Assembly (NCBI GenBank): GCA_951406725.2
Contig: OX597816.1
Coordinates: forward strand, 175,336,001-175,400,000
Direction: 5' to 3'
Origin: Octopus vulgaris
Taxonomy: Eukaryota
Length of the DNA: 64,000 nucleotides
A program made the position numbers and the translations under genes. Positions 27,856-41,792 of the stretch are shown piece after piece; positions within the stretch are counted from its first letter, which is position 1, and every line of letters begins with the position of its first letter. The notes under the pieces are model-generated. The model searched no databases, was not told the origin of the DNA, and worked only from the letters and a program-made list of their open reading frames with translations.

Positions 27856-29689
27856 TATATTTATATATATATATATATATATGTGATTCTGTGTCTATGT
27901 CTATTTGTAATGTGTGTATATATATGTTACTGATCTATAAGCACACAAGGTATAATCATTGAAAAATCAAGAATACACTTCTTTAAAACCAACTGAACCG
28001 ATATTTTATCTGGGTGATATGTAGGTAACTTCAAACAGGCACACACTGTTCATTGTCCAAAAGTTAGCCTCATGCAAAGTACTTTCACTTTGTCTCATGG
28101 CAACAATCAACTTTTGGAACCGTCTCATTCTCTCTGACCAATTTCGTCTTCAGTAGAGTCCCGTATATTCATTGTCCGCATGCATTTTTGGCTATTGATT
28201 ACAGTAAACAGTATCTTGAATCTTCTCAACTCATCAGCCTTACTTCAGCATATAATTCCAAAGTTTTTAACTCGTTAGAATATCATTCTTTCAATGGAAA
28301 TAATCAAGTTTTAAAACTGTGTCTGAACTCTTTTATCTGCCTACAAAAAGAAAAAAAAAACATTCTACATATTTCTTTCAGCTGGTAACATGGCTGCTTC
28401 ATGAAAATACACCAATTTCCATCATCATCATCATCATCATCATCATATATTTAAGTGTAGTCATGCACATCCTTTTTGCTATAACCATCCCTAGAATGAG
28501 GATAACTAAAACTGGGGCCAAAAAGCAGTGTTATTGGAGCTATTTAAAATATGGATAATTATCACCTGACATCTTGGTTACAGCAGCTTAAATTGAAGAT
28601 TAAGAGATCTTTATCTTGTTCTTCTCAACATAGTTGCTTTTATTCTCTGGTTTTCTAAAAACAATTGTAGTGAGTTCTTTGAAAAGAAAGAAAGATCCTT
28701 TTTTTTTTTCTCTTTTCAAAGACCTCATTACTAAATGATACTTTCACTTCAAGAACATATCAAAAGTTTGTCTTGAAGTTCAGTTCACAACATTTGCAAA
28801 ACACCTCTTCAAGCAAACACTTCAGACCAAGAGTAACAGCTTCAGTAGAAATTTTTTTACCAAGATGCTGGTGTGAGATATCTGTATTACTAGTATTTGG
28901 GTAAATTGCCTTAACATTCGTCTCTTATCTATACTAGCATGGTTTACCTAAGCATAACACTTATTATCAAAAACCACTTTTTGAACTCGTCAACACAACC
29001 CCTTTTTTCTGGACTGTTCTTTAGCAACATTCAATGCCAGCAGCAGCAGCTGGCAGTCCATCACCTGGTACACACAACAGAGAAAGTCAGCTGTCTTTGC
29101 TGTAGGCATCCTTAACATGGCTTTTAAGGCCAGATGAATTTCTTCAAGACTGGAGCCTGCTGCAGCCATCTGGTTCGCCAGCCCACAGTCAAACCGTCCA
29201 ACTCATGCTAGCATGGAAAGTGGACGTTAAACGATGATAATGATGATGATGAAGTCTCTATATAGTGTGCACTAATAATTCAAATATACAGTTGTGAAAT
29301 AATTTACCTTTTGTTATTAAGACAGATTCTAATCATTGATACACAAGATATCTTCATTAGAAAAAAGGTAACAATTATTTTTTTCCCAATTTATTGGTTC
29401 TCTATTTATCTGCCCAGCAGCTTTATTTGTTTTCATTTACTTATCAGGGTTCTTGCTGTGTTTTTTATTGAAACATATAATTTGTCCTATCAGCTATTCT
29501 ATTTGAATAATTAGAAGAAAAAAAAACATTTCTGTTTTAATTACATTTTATGTAAAAAGCTTTTGTACTTTGTCAAAGTATTTTTTGTCTAGCTGTCTGT
29601 TGTGCTTTCCTAAAAAAGGAAACTAAGTTATGAAATTGCAATTTGCCTTATAAAGTAATGTTATGACTGTCATAGCTTAGAGTTTGTTT

Positions 29690-30110
29690 TAATATGTATG
29701 TTTGTCCGTCGATGCGACGAAGACCATCTAGTCATCCTGGAGTGGGGGTGGGCTTGTTTGTGAGTCCGCAGATGGCTAGTGAGGCCAATCTATGCTCAAA
29801 AGAGTCTTTGACAGTGTGGACAGGGAATGGTAGCGCCTGCTACAGGGTTGTTAGCTCTGTTCTTCCTGGCTTGTGCAGCAGCGATCCTTTTGGTCTCGCA
29901 TGTGTTGGCACCCTTGTGCTGATCGCCACCCTTCTCTGTCTAGAGCAGACTGCTCCCAAGTGTCATGGTCGATGTTGAAGGCTTTCAGTGAGGCTTTCAG
30001 TGTGTCCTTAAAGCGCTTCTTCTGGCCGCCTTGTGAGCGCTTTCCCTTTTGCAGCTCGCCAAAGAGCAATCTTTTTGATAATCGATCGGCTGACATGTGA
30101 GCTACGTGCC
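29690..30110 (-). mobile_element. RTE/BovB-like LINE 3' fragment
   Basis: DRLSKRLLFGELQKGKRSQGGQKKRFKDTLKASLK motif. Confidence 0.85.
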
Positions 30111-32283
30111 CTATAATTAACGTAACACAGACATAATTGAAGCAGTTTACAGCTTAGCTATTCTTTATATAGAGCTACCATAGAAACAGAAATGTTACAA
30201 TAGTTAAAAATATACTTCATGTATATAACATGTTGAGAAAGAGAGTTCATTGTTTTTAATGCAGTAAAAACTGGATTTCACCCTGTGTGTGTATGGGATA
30301 ACTCACCCATCAAATTTTCTAAACTTGTGTAAGGTTGTCTTTTTCTAGCAGGAAAGAGCTGCACACACATCACACTTATTCTCTCGTCCTTACTCAATAT
30401 GCTCAATAACAAGATAAAGTTAAGAGAACTGAGCTTGTGTATGGATACAGGAGATGACCGAAATGTCTGAAGGTGCCCCTGGAATGATTGGACAGCACTT
30501 GCTCTCTCACCAATATTTACTACATTGGTGAACCCAGTTCATCAAACAGCTATGAAATACTACAAATTTGTACTCTAAACTTACTGCTATCACCACGCTG
30601 TCAATATTTCATTCAGTTGTGAACTTAAAGAGACTCCTTTCTGGCCCACTATCCAGCTTTTCATTGTTTGGAATACAGTTTCCTGACACTCAGCATAATG
30701 TTTGAAGCTACATGTTTCAACTACATTATCATTTCACTTCACCTAAAAATAGCATATTCCAGCCATGAAGTAGCAACTCAGATGCAGCAGTCCCTAGGCA
30801 AACCCCATGAGTATCATATCAAAACCACACCTGAACTAAACAATGATCCCTCGTCACTATTAGCAACTTTATCTTTCACAATTGCAGTTTACACTAAGAA
30901 CTCTGATAAATTCTTTTTTCACCTGACTAGCTCAGCTTATCACTAGCAAACATGTAGAAGCTAGGAACATGAACTCCTATTTGAAGGCATACTAAGACAT
31001 TAAATCCATTACTTATTCACTTTCTACGTTTGTATGAAAGTAAGCATGTCATGCTGACCCATTTGCATTTTACATATACATGGACAGACATCATGCAGTC
31101 CCACCTATGTTTGTGCACACATGCAAGTTCACTTGGATTTTTATGCACACATGCCAAACTTGCTTGCAACTTGTGCATTTGTACATGGCAGATTTATTGT
31201 GCTTTTTAGACCAAAAGAACTCTACACTTATGGTGGTAGACAGAAAATAAAAGAACATTATCATAATTTATTGTTGTTGTGTCCTTGCAGCCATATTGTT
31301 TACTGATGGTGATAAAATATTCTTTTAAAAAAAACATACTTTTTGCATGAAGTCCCTTTCTGATATTTGTTTTACACAGTCCTTTGTAACTCTTACTGCC
31401 ACAAATGCAGAGAAAGTGTGAATGCCAAATTAGAAACTGCATTCAATGATGCTGTTGTTCACCATTGCAAAAAAATAGGATTTTGTTTTAGAGCATGAAA
31501 CCCCTCAAAATCCAGATAAACTATATAAATTAAAGTATATTTTTGTATTTGTTATTTCATTGGATATGGTGTAGTAGAAGTTTTATTCATTCTGTTTTTC
31601 GCTGATAATAAGTTTTATTGTCAACAAGGTCTGCTTTTCTCATTTGTGTGATATTCTTACACCTGCTTGGTTTTATTTTATGCTGTAAACAAGTTATCTC
31701 TATAAGTAATAGCAGTATATGTTTTTATTTAATTTTCAATTTTGTTTTGCATGGTTCAAATTTGATTGATAGAAATATTAGTTGTTGCACTTTTAAAATA
31801 TTAGATATCACATCACTGTATCACTCTATCGCATCTCTGTATTTGCTCTGTATGTGTTATACTCCTATTTTCCCTATGGCAATATCATGTTGGATGAGAT
31901 GCTTTATGGCATTTGTTTTGGCTTACTACTCAGTACAACTCCCACCTCCTTTCACCACAGAATTTGTTTTTTAAAATGTATTTTTTCAGACTTGGTGAAA
32001 AGGATGATAGGCCTGGGACGTTTTTTAAGCCAGTGCTCAACTATTTCAGCTGATCAATGCCAACAAATCAGCTAACAGGAGAAAACACAAGGGAATTTCC
32101 AAGTAACCATCAATGAATGACAATTACTCTCTAGATATTGTTCAATAGGTATTCCTCTATTACATTTGTGTATAGGTATTGCTTTACTATATTGCTTTAT
32201 AGGCATTTCATGATCCGTATCGCTCTACTATATTGCTCTATAGCTATTGCATTATTGTATTACTATATTGCACTACTGTATAG

Positions 32284-32331
<48 letters not shown>

Positions 32332-32998
32332 TGCACTATTTCACTTACATTGTTAATAATCTTGGGGAAACAGGAATGCCATTCTTCTCATATGCCTACC
32401 ATTATTTTAACATCATTTCCATGATTATAAGACATTGGTGCTGCTTAGTATCTCTCTTTGTGGCTCTTTACTCATCAAACTCTTACAAAAAAGTAAAATT
32501 GATTGATTGATTGATATTTCTTCAAGTTTTCCTTCTCAAGGACCTACCACACTTGTATAAACTTCTATAATATAAAATGGTAAGCTGAATCATTTTCAAT
32601 TGTGTATTTAACACATCAAATGCATGCTTTGTATTTTTTTATAGCCTAATAGCAATGCACAGTCCTCCTGATTCCTTATTATGGACATAAAATTTCAAGA
32701 TTTCTTTTGATGTCTAAAGTCAATTATTAAAATTCCTATCACGGAATTTTATCTTACAAACAGTTTTTGAAAAAATTCTCAACTTCTGTCATACGTATTG
32801 CTATTTGTTGTGTCATTTGAAATAATATATTTGTGTATATTCAGAAGATTTCTTTGTCATAAACTGCATGTTAAAATTAGAAGTTTTCAAAAGCTAAACA
32901 TATATACAAGTTACTTTACTAATTGAAAAATTCAAATTGATATTAAATTTTAGCAAATAAGTATACAATTAACATAAATGAGTGCAATACTACCTTAA

Positions 32999-33216
32999 CC
33001 CTTTAGCATTTAAACCAGCCATATCTGGCCAAAATATTTTGTATGTTTTATGTTCAACCCAGCCATATCTGGCCTCTCCCGCCAACTCTAAAATGACATT
33101 CTAAAAATTAAGTTACAGCGTCAAATTCTCAAAGCTAGGACATAACACCTGGTTAATTCAAAACAATATCAATAAATAAGTATTAAATTTGGCAGAGTAA
33201 TCTGAATGTTAAAGGG
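32999..33216. mobile_element. piggyBac-type MITE
   Basis: TTAA-CCCTTTAGCATT ... AATGTTAAAGGG-TTAA; homologous copies at about 38047-38263 and 47267-47474. Confidence 0.8.
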
Positions 33217-36200
33217 TTAATATTGAATTGAATATTGAGAAAAGGGACACATTATTGATTGGTGAGGTTTATTATAACACTTTCCTGATTTTAGAGTGCA
33301 TTTTTGTTTAAACAATAATTTCCCGATTGCCATTTTAACTATTTTGAGAAGTAGCTTATGCTTTTAATAAAATTAATATTTTTTTCTTGCTTATAAAACT
33401 AACTCAGAATTCCGTAGAAAAAGTATAAACTTCATAAAAAATAAACATAAAAATAAGCATAAAAATAAACATAAAACATTGAAAAAAGAATACAAATGGT
33501 ATTCCTTGTAAAAAATGTACTACTTAGTATAATTAAAGGTAACTAAAATAAGATTTTCATAAAGTCATCATTAATTAATGGTAAGTCATGACCTAAAAAT
33601 GAGTTGGTGATTCATTTCTAGATGTAACAAGTTATAAAAGTATGAGAATAGAATGGAAAGTATAGAGAGTGAATAGGTAACCAACTTTAGGGAGACAGGG
33701 GGAGGGGGCATGGGTGGTAAAGTTGGTAGAATATTTGGCAACTAATAAAGAGTTTGGTGTGTTGTAATCTGTGCCCAGTATTGTGATCATAGCCAAGTGA
33801 GAACTCAGCAGCGAAGTCCAGCAGAGTAAGTAGTGGGTAGCAGTAATGTAATCGGTTGTCTTGCAGCACACAGACCAATTCCTTCTATGGGAAATACTGG
33901 TTTGTGATAGCCTAGCATCCTATCCCTAAGAATATTTATCTCTCTTCTGCTTAACATTACAGATATTAGAATTGAGTAGATTTGTATTCCATGAAATACA
34001 AACTATAGCGTCTGGGAATCAGGCATGAATATAGAAGGTTGTTGTTTAGTGCCAACAGATCAGTAATCGAAGGCGTTCGGCTGTGACTGCTCCAGTATGT
34101 CCAGAACAATAATATAAAATGTGTGCTTTTTGAAGAGAGTAGACTGTAATATGAGGGAAGTTGTGCTGTTACTTCCAGCAGTAGAGATTCTCGTTCTCAC
34201 TCATTTCGAACGAGATTTAAACGATGAGTAAAAACAGTAATTAATTATGAAACCCTTAAGATTATAAATGTCAGAAAAGAAAAAGACAATAAAAATGTTG
34301 CTGGTGTTTAATGACAAAGAAATACAAATGTTGTTTATTTAAAGAAGAACCTCACCACCTTCCATTTATTACAAACAATGTTTCAATTAAAGGATTCTCC
34401 TTACTGCAGGACAGAGACCAACCAGCCTTATCAAACTTCTTGTAGCCTCCTATTACTAGCATTGTTAAAGCCACATCTTTCCAATTTGTATTTCTTTGTT
34501 TTTAAGATTTGAACCTAAGCATAGACTTCTGACAAATCCCAAATATGTTCTACTCTGGAATAGATCTGACTATTCTATGCATAGAATAGTCAGATCTATT
34601 CTTTTACCAGTGTCATTTCACATCACAACCAGAAGATGTTGTATTGGGATATGTACTTTTTGGTACTGCTATGACATTCTTAATTGTTTAGAACTTCTAA
34701 GCTGCACACCGCTTCATTTGAAATCCCTTTATTTAACATTGCTTCTCTGGTTCTTGCCAACTTCCTTCTTCAGTATAATGATAACTAAGACTGTTCTCAG
34801 TAGCTGCTATTAATGCTTTTGGTGCAGTCATCACTTGGATTTTTTTTGATTTTTTAAAATAATTTGATGATAAGAGCATTTTTGTTAATGTGATTCTTAG
34901 ATTTCATACTTTAACTTCAGTATTTATTGTCATTCACAATTAAAAGCAGTTTCCTCTTAGCTACATGGTTACTCATTAAGCCAGTATATACTAATTAAAC
35001 AAACAAGAGATATTTATATTTATAAAAGTGTAAAAAAAAACAATACTTGTTAAAATTTCTGTAGAAAATGATAAAACAAAGAATCCTACTCAGACTTGAA
35101 TGATCTTCAAGTTTGTTATAAAGGTGCTAATATTTTACTCCAATATTTTACCTATATTTAATCAAAGTCTTTAACAAATATAATATGAAGTAAATATTTC
35201 ATACAGACAGTATTATCGTTATATTCTAAATTCTTTGAAACATAAAATACTTTATCTGAACTATTCATACCTTATTAACTAGTCAACTAATTATTATTGG
35301 AATCTTACTAAAATGACTAAAGTAACTTCTTCTTACCTTCAAAATCCAGCCAAACCATATTGCCGCTGTTAGTGAAGTTTTACTTGGACTTGTTGAAATA
35401 ATATCCTTTTAAAACAGTTTTGTATCTTGTGACTGTATTTTAGAAATATTTGCTTTATCAGTTAAACAGTTTAACCTTTTATTTTAAACAGTTTGGTGTT
35501 GTTTTCTCATTAATATTACTTTGAACAAAGCCTGACACAAATTAGGTTAACTTGTTTTTATAAATCAGATGAATATATATTCTTGTTATCTTAGGTAATT
35601 AGCATAAGAGTTCATAATGTTATCAGACTTGATAAGTTTTTTTTATTTATTATGTAACAAACAAGCTTTCATATATTTTTTTGATCTTGGAAAAGGAATA
35701 GCAAAAATTACAAAGCAGACTCTTTTTGTAAAATTTTTGTTGACTGCCAGAAATATGGAAGAAGTTTGGATACCATGGTTATAAAATTAGAGTAACTTAT
35801 GATTCTATTTTGAATTGTTCAAGATAAATTGCTCTTCTGAGATTCTGCTGGTCAGACATTTGTTTTCTTATTTTAGTATATTAATATTTCAAATTCACTT
35901 TACAGGTTAATACCATCTGCAGATTTACTCAGCTCTATAAATTATCTGAGATATTTAAAATTGAACCCCTTCTATATAGTATTGGCCATTTGACCCTAGA
36001 TTTAGTGAGGAGTCTACTTTTATCTAAGTTGGTAATTGTGCTTGTCTAAGGCAGTGGTTCTTAGACACTTTTCTTATGCTACACTTGAGATCAAATAAAA
36101 CATTTTAGTGCCCTTTATATTAAGGGAAAGTATTTATATATGTATCAGACTGAACAGATTACAACAACCAAGGTACCTTGTCTGAGGGGCAACTTAGCCA

Positions 36201-36936
36201 TCCAGGAGGGTTACAATGTGGACAGTAACACAAACTGTGACAGTAGAGAGGTATCCAGGAATCATGACCTGGATGCAATCCCCCACCCTTATAGTTAAGG
36301 GTCAAAGCACTTGCATGAGGGGAGCTTCTTCTCTAAAGACTTTCTGCTGTTCAGCCCCCCCCCCCTCCCTTCTGTTTCTTACTACTCACATTTTCTTTTA
36401 ATATAATTTTATTTTCACAACATCCCACAACCCGCCCACCCTGTCACTGCCTACCATTTGGGAGCCACTGATCAATTTATACAAAATAATGAGTTGCAGG
36501 AACTCAAATATTAGTACAAAAATATTCTCAAATTTAAAAAAAAATCTCTTTTATATTTACCGTTAAGTAAACTTGTATCCCTTGATGCTCGTTTTGGGTC
36601 AGTAGATCCTCTCCAAGATTTACAATCAACACTTTCTGATTGCTGATGAGGTACCATTTTTTAGAAACATTCTCTATGGTCAATAAGACTCTAATTTCCA
36701 TTTTCCTGGAAACCTCTTAAATTTTCGTATTTGTACTTTGTTCAAATTATCTTTACTATAGTAGACCCAATTAGAAAAATTTAAGTAAAAATATTCTAAA
36801 AATGAACATTTCTACAATTATTTCAACATAACATTATGCTAGCATTTTCACTGCATCCTTGATTTATTATTATTGTTATTATTGTTAATGCATCTTCTTT
36901 TGGTAACATTTTTCTTTTCTTTACTTTTCTCCTCAG

Positions 36937-36999
36937 AACTTGGCAAACGAGGATGATGAGAATCCAAAGGCTTTACGTCAACGCTTTTCTTTTGCATAA
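36937..36999 (+). CDS. PFK: Candidate alternative terminal PFK exon (NLANEDDENPKALRQRFSFA*)
   Basis: Strong ~25-nt pyrimidine tract and CAG acceptor, 20 codons plus TAA in phase 0. Compatible with an internal GAG|GTAGAA donor at 20112/20113. AATAAA at 37510. Confidence 0.5.
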   Translation, partial: NLANEDDENPKALRQRFSFA

Positions 37000-37278
37000 C
37001 TGATACTGGTTATTGAGTCACAGAAACTATTACCTGACTTGGTATTTATAACAGACAGTGCTATCAAGTTTTATAAAATCTCACTAAAAGCTAGGACCAG
37101 AGATAAAGAATTTCAACGTAGAAAATTATTTAGGAATAACTTGGCTTCTTTCTCTTATTTTTATTGCATTTTTGCATGCAAGATTTTCCTTTTTACAAAA
37201 TTCACTCACACACATCACATGCATACATGTACACATCACACACATTAAATATTTTATCTGAACCATTTCTGCATATAT

Positions 37279-37314
<36 letters not shown>

Positions 37315-37600
37315 GTAAGACACCCGGATTACTGAAGCATTGATAAAACGCAAATGTTTTTTTTTTTTTTCCGTTTTGTCTTTCTAAATCTTTGACTTTT
37401 AGATATCAAAATTGTAAAATATATTTATAAAAAAGAGCAACCAACTACTCTGAATAACATATTTGCCTAAAAATGGAATATACTTATTCATACTTGAAAT
37501 CATTACTCCAATAAATGCAAATATAAAAAAAAATTTCAATGTTGTTATTTTTTTATTTATGTTTTTATTTTTTTAAACTATCCTTCATGTCTTTTATCTA

Positions 37601-37973
37601 TTTTCTTTGACTTGTTTCAGTCATTAGATTTTGGCCATGCTGGGGCACAGCCTTGAAGAATTTTCAGCTGAATGGATTGACCCCAGTACTTTTGTTTAAG
37701 TATGGTACTTATACTATCATCTCTTTTGTTGAACTGCTAAGTTATGGAGGATGTAAACACACCAATACTAGTTGTCAAGCGGTGGTAGAGGACAAACACA
37801 TACACACACGATGGGCTTCTTTCAGTTTCTGTCTATCAAATCCACTCAGAAGGCTTTGGTCAGCCCGAGGCTATAGAAGAAGACACTTGCCCAAGGTGCC
37901 ACGCAGTGGGACTGAACCCGGAACCATGTGGTCTGGAAGCAAACTTCTTGCCACACAGCCACTCCTACGCCTA
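37601..37973 (-). mobile_element. tRNA-derived SINE
   Basis: Reverse complement of the 62386 family. Confidence 0.82.
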
Positions 37974-38298
37974 TATGTTAATAAATAGAATTCAAATGGA
38001 AAATGCTAAAAAGATGTCCCTTAACATTAACAGACCGAGGATTGGACCCTTTGCCATTCACATTACTTTCTCAAATATAATCCTTGTTAATTCACATTAT
38101 TTGGAATTAATTCTGCATAATCTTGTTGCTTTGAGATTTCATTGATGTGATTGTATATTTCTAGAAGGACACTGTAGGGTAGGAGTGAGAGGCCGGATCT
38201 GACCAGTTTGACCATAAAACAGAATATTTGGGGCCAGTTATGGCTGGTTCAAATGCTAAAGAGTTAAATGTTTCCTCAATAAGTAGCATCTCTTGTTT

Positions 38299-41200
38299 AT
38301 CATCATCATCATCATCATTTAGCGTCCGCTTTCCATGCTAGTATGGGTTGGACGGTTCAACTGGTGTCTGGGAAGCCAGAAGGCTGCATCAGGCCCAGTC
38401 TGATCTGGCAGTGTTTCTATGGCTGGATGCCCTTCCTAACACCAACCACTCCGTGAGTGTAGTGGGTGCTTTTTACGTGCCACCTGCACAGGTGCCAGAC
38501 GGAGCTGGCAAATGGCCACGGATGGATGGTGCTTTTTACGTGCCACCGGCACGGGGGCCAAGCAAGGCTGGCAACGGCCACAAACGGATGGTGCTTTCTA
38601 CGTGCCACCGGCACGGAGGCCAGTTGGGGCGGCGCTGGCAACGGCCACGATCGGATGGTTCGCTTACTTGTCACCGGCACTGGTATCACAGCTGCAATTT
38701 CCATTGATGTTGATCGACTTCGATTTTGGTTCTGCTTTCTGATATCTGATTTGATTTGATTTGATTTTGATTTTGATTTTGATTTTCACTTGCCTCAACG
38801 GGTCTTCACAAGTGGAGTTTTGTGTCCCAAGAAGGAACGGTATGTATAGGTCGACTGGCTACATACCAGGTAGAGGCCACGGGTTATGGTCTCACTAGTC
38901 TTGCCGGGTCTTCTCATGCACAGCATACTTCCATAGGTCTCGGTCTCTAGTCATTTCCTTGGTGAGACCTAAAGTTCGAAGGTCGTGCTTCACCACCTCG
39001 TCCCAGGTTTTCCTGGGTCTACCTCTTCCACATGTTCCCTCAACCGCTAGAGTGTGGCACTTTTGCACACAACTATCTTTAGCCATTCTCGTCACATGAC
39101 CATACCAGTGCAAACGTCTCTCTTGCACACCACAACTGATGCTTCTTAGGTCCAACTTTTCTCTCAAGGTACTTACACTCTGTTGAGTATGAACACTGAC
39201 ATTACACATCCATCGGAGCATACTGGCTTCATTTCTTGCAGGCTTACGCATGTCCTCAGCAGTCACAGCCCATGTTTCACTACCATGTAGCATGGCTGTT
39301 TGTACACATGCATCATACAGTCTGCTTTTTATTCTGAGCGAGAGGCCTTTTGTCACCAGCAGGGTTAAGAGCTCTCTGAACCTTGCCCAAGCTATTCTTA
39401 CTCTAGCAGTTACACTTTCAGCACACCCGCCCCCGCTAATGACTTGGTCACCTAGGTAACAGAAGCTATCAACTATTTCTAGTTTTTCTCCCTGGAATGT
39501 GGTGGAAGTTGTTCTCTGCGCATTTTCAGTGTTTATTGCTCCTGAGCATCTGCCACAATCAAAAACTATTTTCCTAGTTAGCTTTCCTTTGACATTGCTG
39601 CACCTCTTATGTGTCCATAGCTTACACTTGGTGCATCTTATAGAGTTTCTACCTACACCTTTTCTACAGATCGAGCAGGGCCATCTACCTGAAGGCGTTT
39701 GTGATTGGTCTACCTTCCTACTTATTAAGACTTTGGTTTTGGCTAGGTTAATTCTAAGGCCCTTTGATTCTAATCCTTGCTTCCACACCTGAAACTTCTC
39801 CTCCAGTTCTGATAGTGACTCAGCAATTAGAGCAAGCTCATCAGCATAGAGGAGCTCCCAGGGGCATCCTGTCTTGAATTCCTCCGTTATTGCCTGGAGG
39901 ACTATGATAAATAGGAGGGGACTGAGGACTGAACTTTGGTGGACCCCAACCTCTACCCGGAATTCTTCACTGTACTCGTTGCCAACCCTCACCTTACTAG
40001 CAGCGTCTCTGTACATGGCTCGCACAGCTGTCACTAACCATTCGTGTATCCCTAGTTTCCTCATTGACCACCAGATAAGGGATTGGGGGACCCTGTCAAA
40101 GGCTTTCTTCATGTCAACAAAAGCCAGGTACAGGGGCTTATCTTTGGCTAGGTATTTCTCCTGCAGCTGTCTTACCAGGAACATAGCATCAGTAGTACTT
40201 TTCCCTGGCACGAACCCAAACTGCATCTCATCTAAGCTAACTCTCTCTCTAATTAGTTGGGCTATAACCCTCTCCGTAACCTACATTACCTGATCCAGCA
40301 GCTTGATACCCCTGTAGTTATTTGTATCTAGGGCGTCTCCATTACCTTTGTAGCAGTTGACTATTATGCTGCTACACCAGTCATTGGGAATGACTCTTTC
40401 GTGTATCACCTGGTTAACTATACGGATGACTAGGCTATAGCCGACACTACCAGATATTTTGAGCATCTCTGCAGTAATTCTTGATGGGCCTGGGGCTTTC
40501 CCTGTTTTCATGCTTGTAATTGCCTTAACTACTAAGGAACTGTCAACTCGGATTGCTGGTCCCTCTGTTGGGTCGACATTCGGCAGACTCTCTTTATCCC
40601 ATTCATTTTCTTTATTCAGCAACCTTTCATAGTGGCGTCTCCAAACCTCTCTCTTTGCATCTTCATTTAGCACAAGTGAACCGTCATCCTTGCAAACACA
40701 TTTCTTTCCTACCACGTCACGATTCTCTCTCACACACTGTCTTGCAACACGAAAAACCTCAAGTCTTTCATCCTCACGGCGCAGAACATTGGCAAATTTT
40801 TTCTTATCTGCTTCCCCTCTGGCTAAATACACCTGCCTCCTAGCTTCCCTTCTGGCAGTCTGATACACTTCCCTGCTACCACCGTTCTTCCAAGCCTGTT
40901 TCTTTTGTCTAATAGCCCTGTCAACAATATTGTTCCACCACCACGTTATTTTGGGTCTTGAGGGGACTTTGCACCAGCCACAGATCTGGTCAGTGGCTTT
41001 CAGCAGGTTGTCCCTTAAAAACGTCCAGTTGTCTTCTACAACTAAAGTCACTAACTACCAGTCTATGTTGTGGGGTACATTCTTCGCCTGGGAAGGTTTT
41101 GGCATTTATAAGCAGCCATCTTTCCCTTTTTCTGGCAAGGATGTAGTTGATTTGGCTAGTATGTCGGCCCAATCAGTAGGTGACCAGGTGGCTTGTAGGT

Positions 41201-41792
41201 TTCCTGAAGTTAGTGTTGCAAACCATAAGACTATTCGCATAGCAGAACTCCAGCAGCCTGGTTCTCTCCTCGTTGCAGGAACCATAACCATAGCCTCCAT
41301 GTACGCCATGGAAGCCCCCCAGCATGTCGTCCAACATGCCCATTGAAGTCACCAACCACAAAGAGAAGGTCCCTGTCATTCATCAATGAGGTGGTCTGCA
41401 GTAGGGTGTCATAGAAACGGTCTTTCTGTCCATCGGGTAGCCCTGGCTGAGGGGCATAGGCCGATATAATGGTTGCTAAACTATGATGAAGCACTAATCT
41501 AATCTTAAGTATTCTGTTGCATACTCTGACTACCTCGATTACCTTATCTGCCCATTTTTCGGCGATAAGTATACCCACACCCCCGACCCCGTTAGTATTC
41601 CCAGCCCAGAAAATCTTGTACCTCTGTCCTTTGCCTGTGAGGAACCTAGCAGAACCTCCTCTCCACCTCACTTCTTGAATGCAGCATATATCAACACACC
41701 TCCATTCAAGCAATTCAACGATCTCGCCAGACCTGCCTTTCAGTGTGCCAACGTTGAGGGTGCCAACCCTGAGGGTGTGGGAGGTATTGGCC
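38299..41792 (-). mobile_element. RTE-clade LINE, near-complete ORF region (APE endonuclease + RT with PHD-like finger), disrupted
   Basis: APE motifs (TLNVGTL, IQEVRW, SAYAPQ, GDFNGHVG) and RT motifs (NYRGIKLL, QFGF, AFVDM.KAFD, YADE, FCYLG). Frameshifts, stops and a deletion near 41040. 3' UTR ends in CATGCTAG...(GAT)n at about 38300. Confidence 0.93.

Noticed and set aside
28020-29040. Possible minus-strand exon (acceptor at about 28341) or decayed integrase/transposase remnant
   Set aside because: All frames close within a few codons, and the similarity is too faint to support by eye.
36052-36470. Possible hAT-type MITE (CAGTGGTTC...GAGCCACTG)
   Set aside because: Short imperfect TIR and no 8-bp target duplication.
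36643-36670. CTGATGA...GAAAC resembling a hammerhead core
   Set aside because: No stem I, II or III pairing and no properly placed NUH site.
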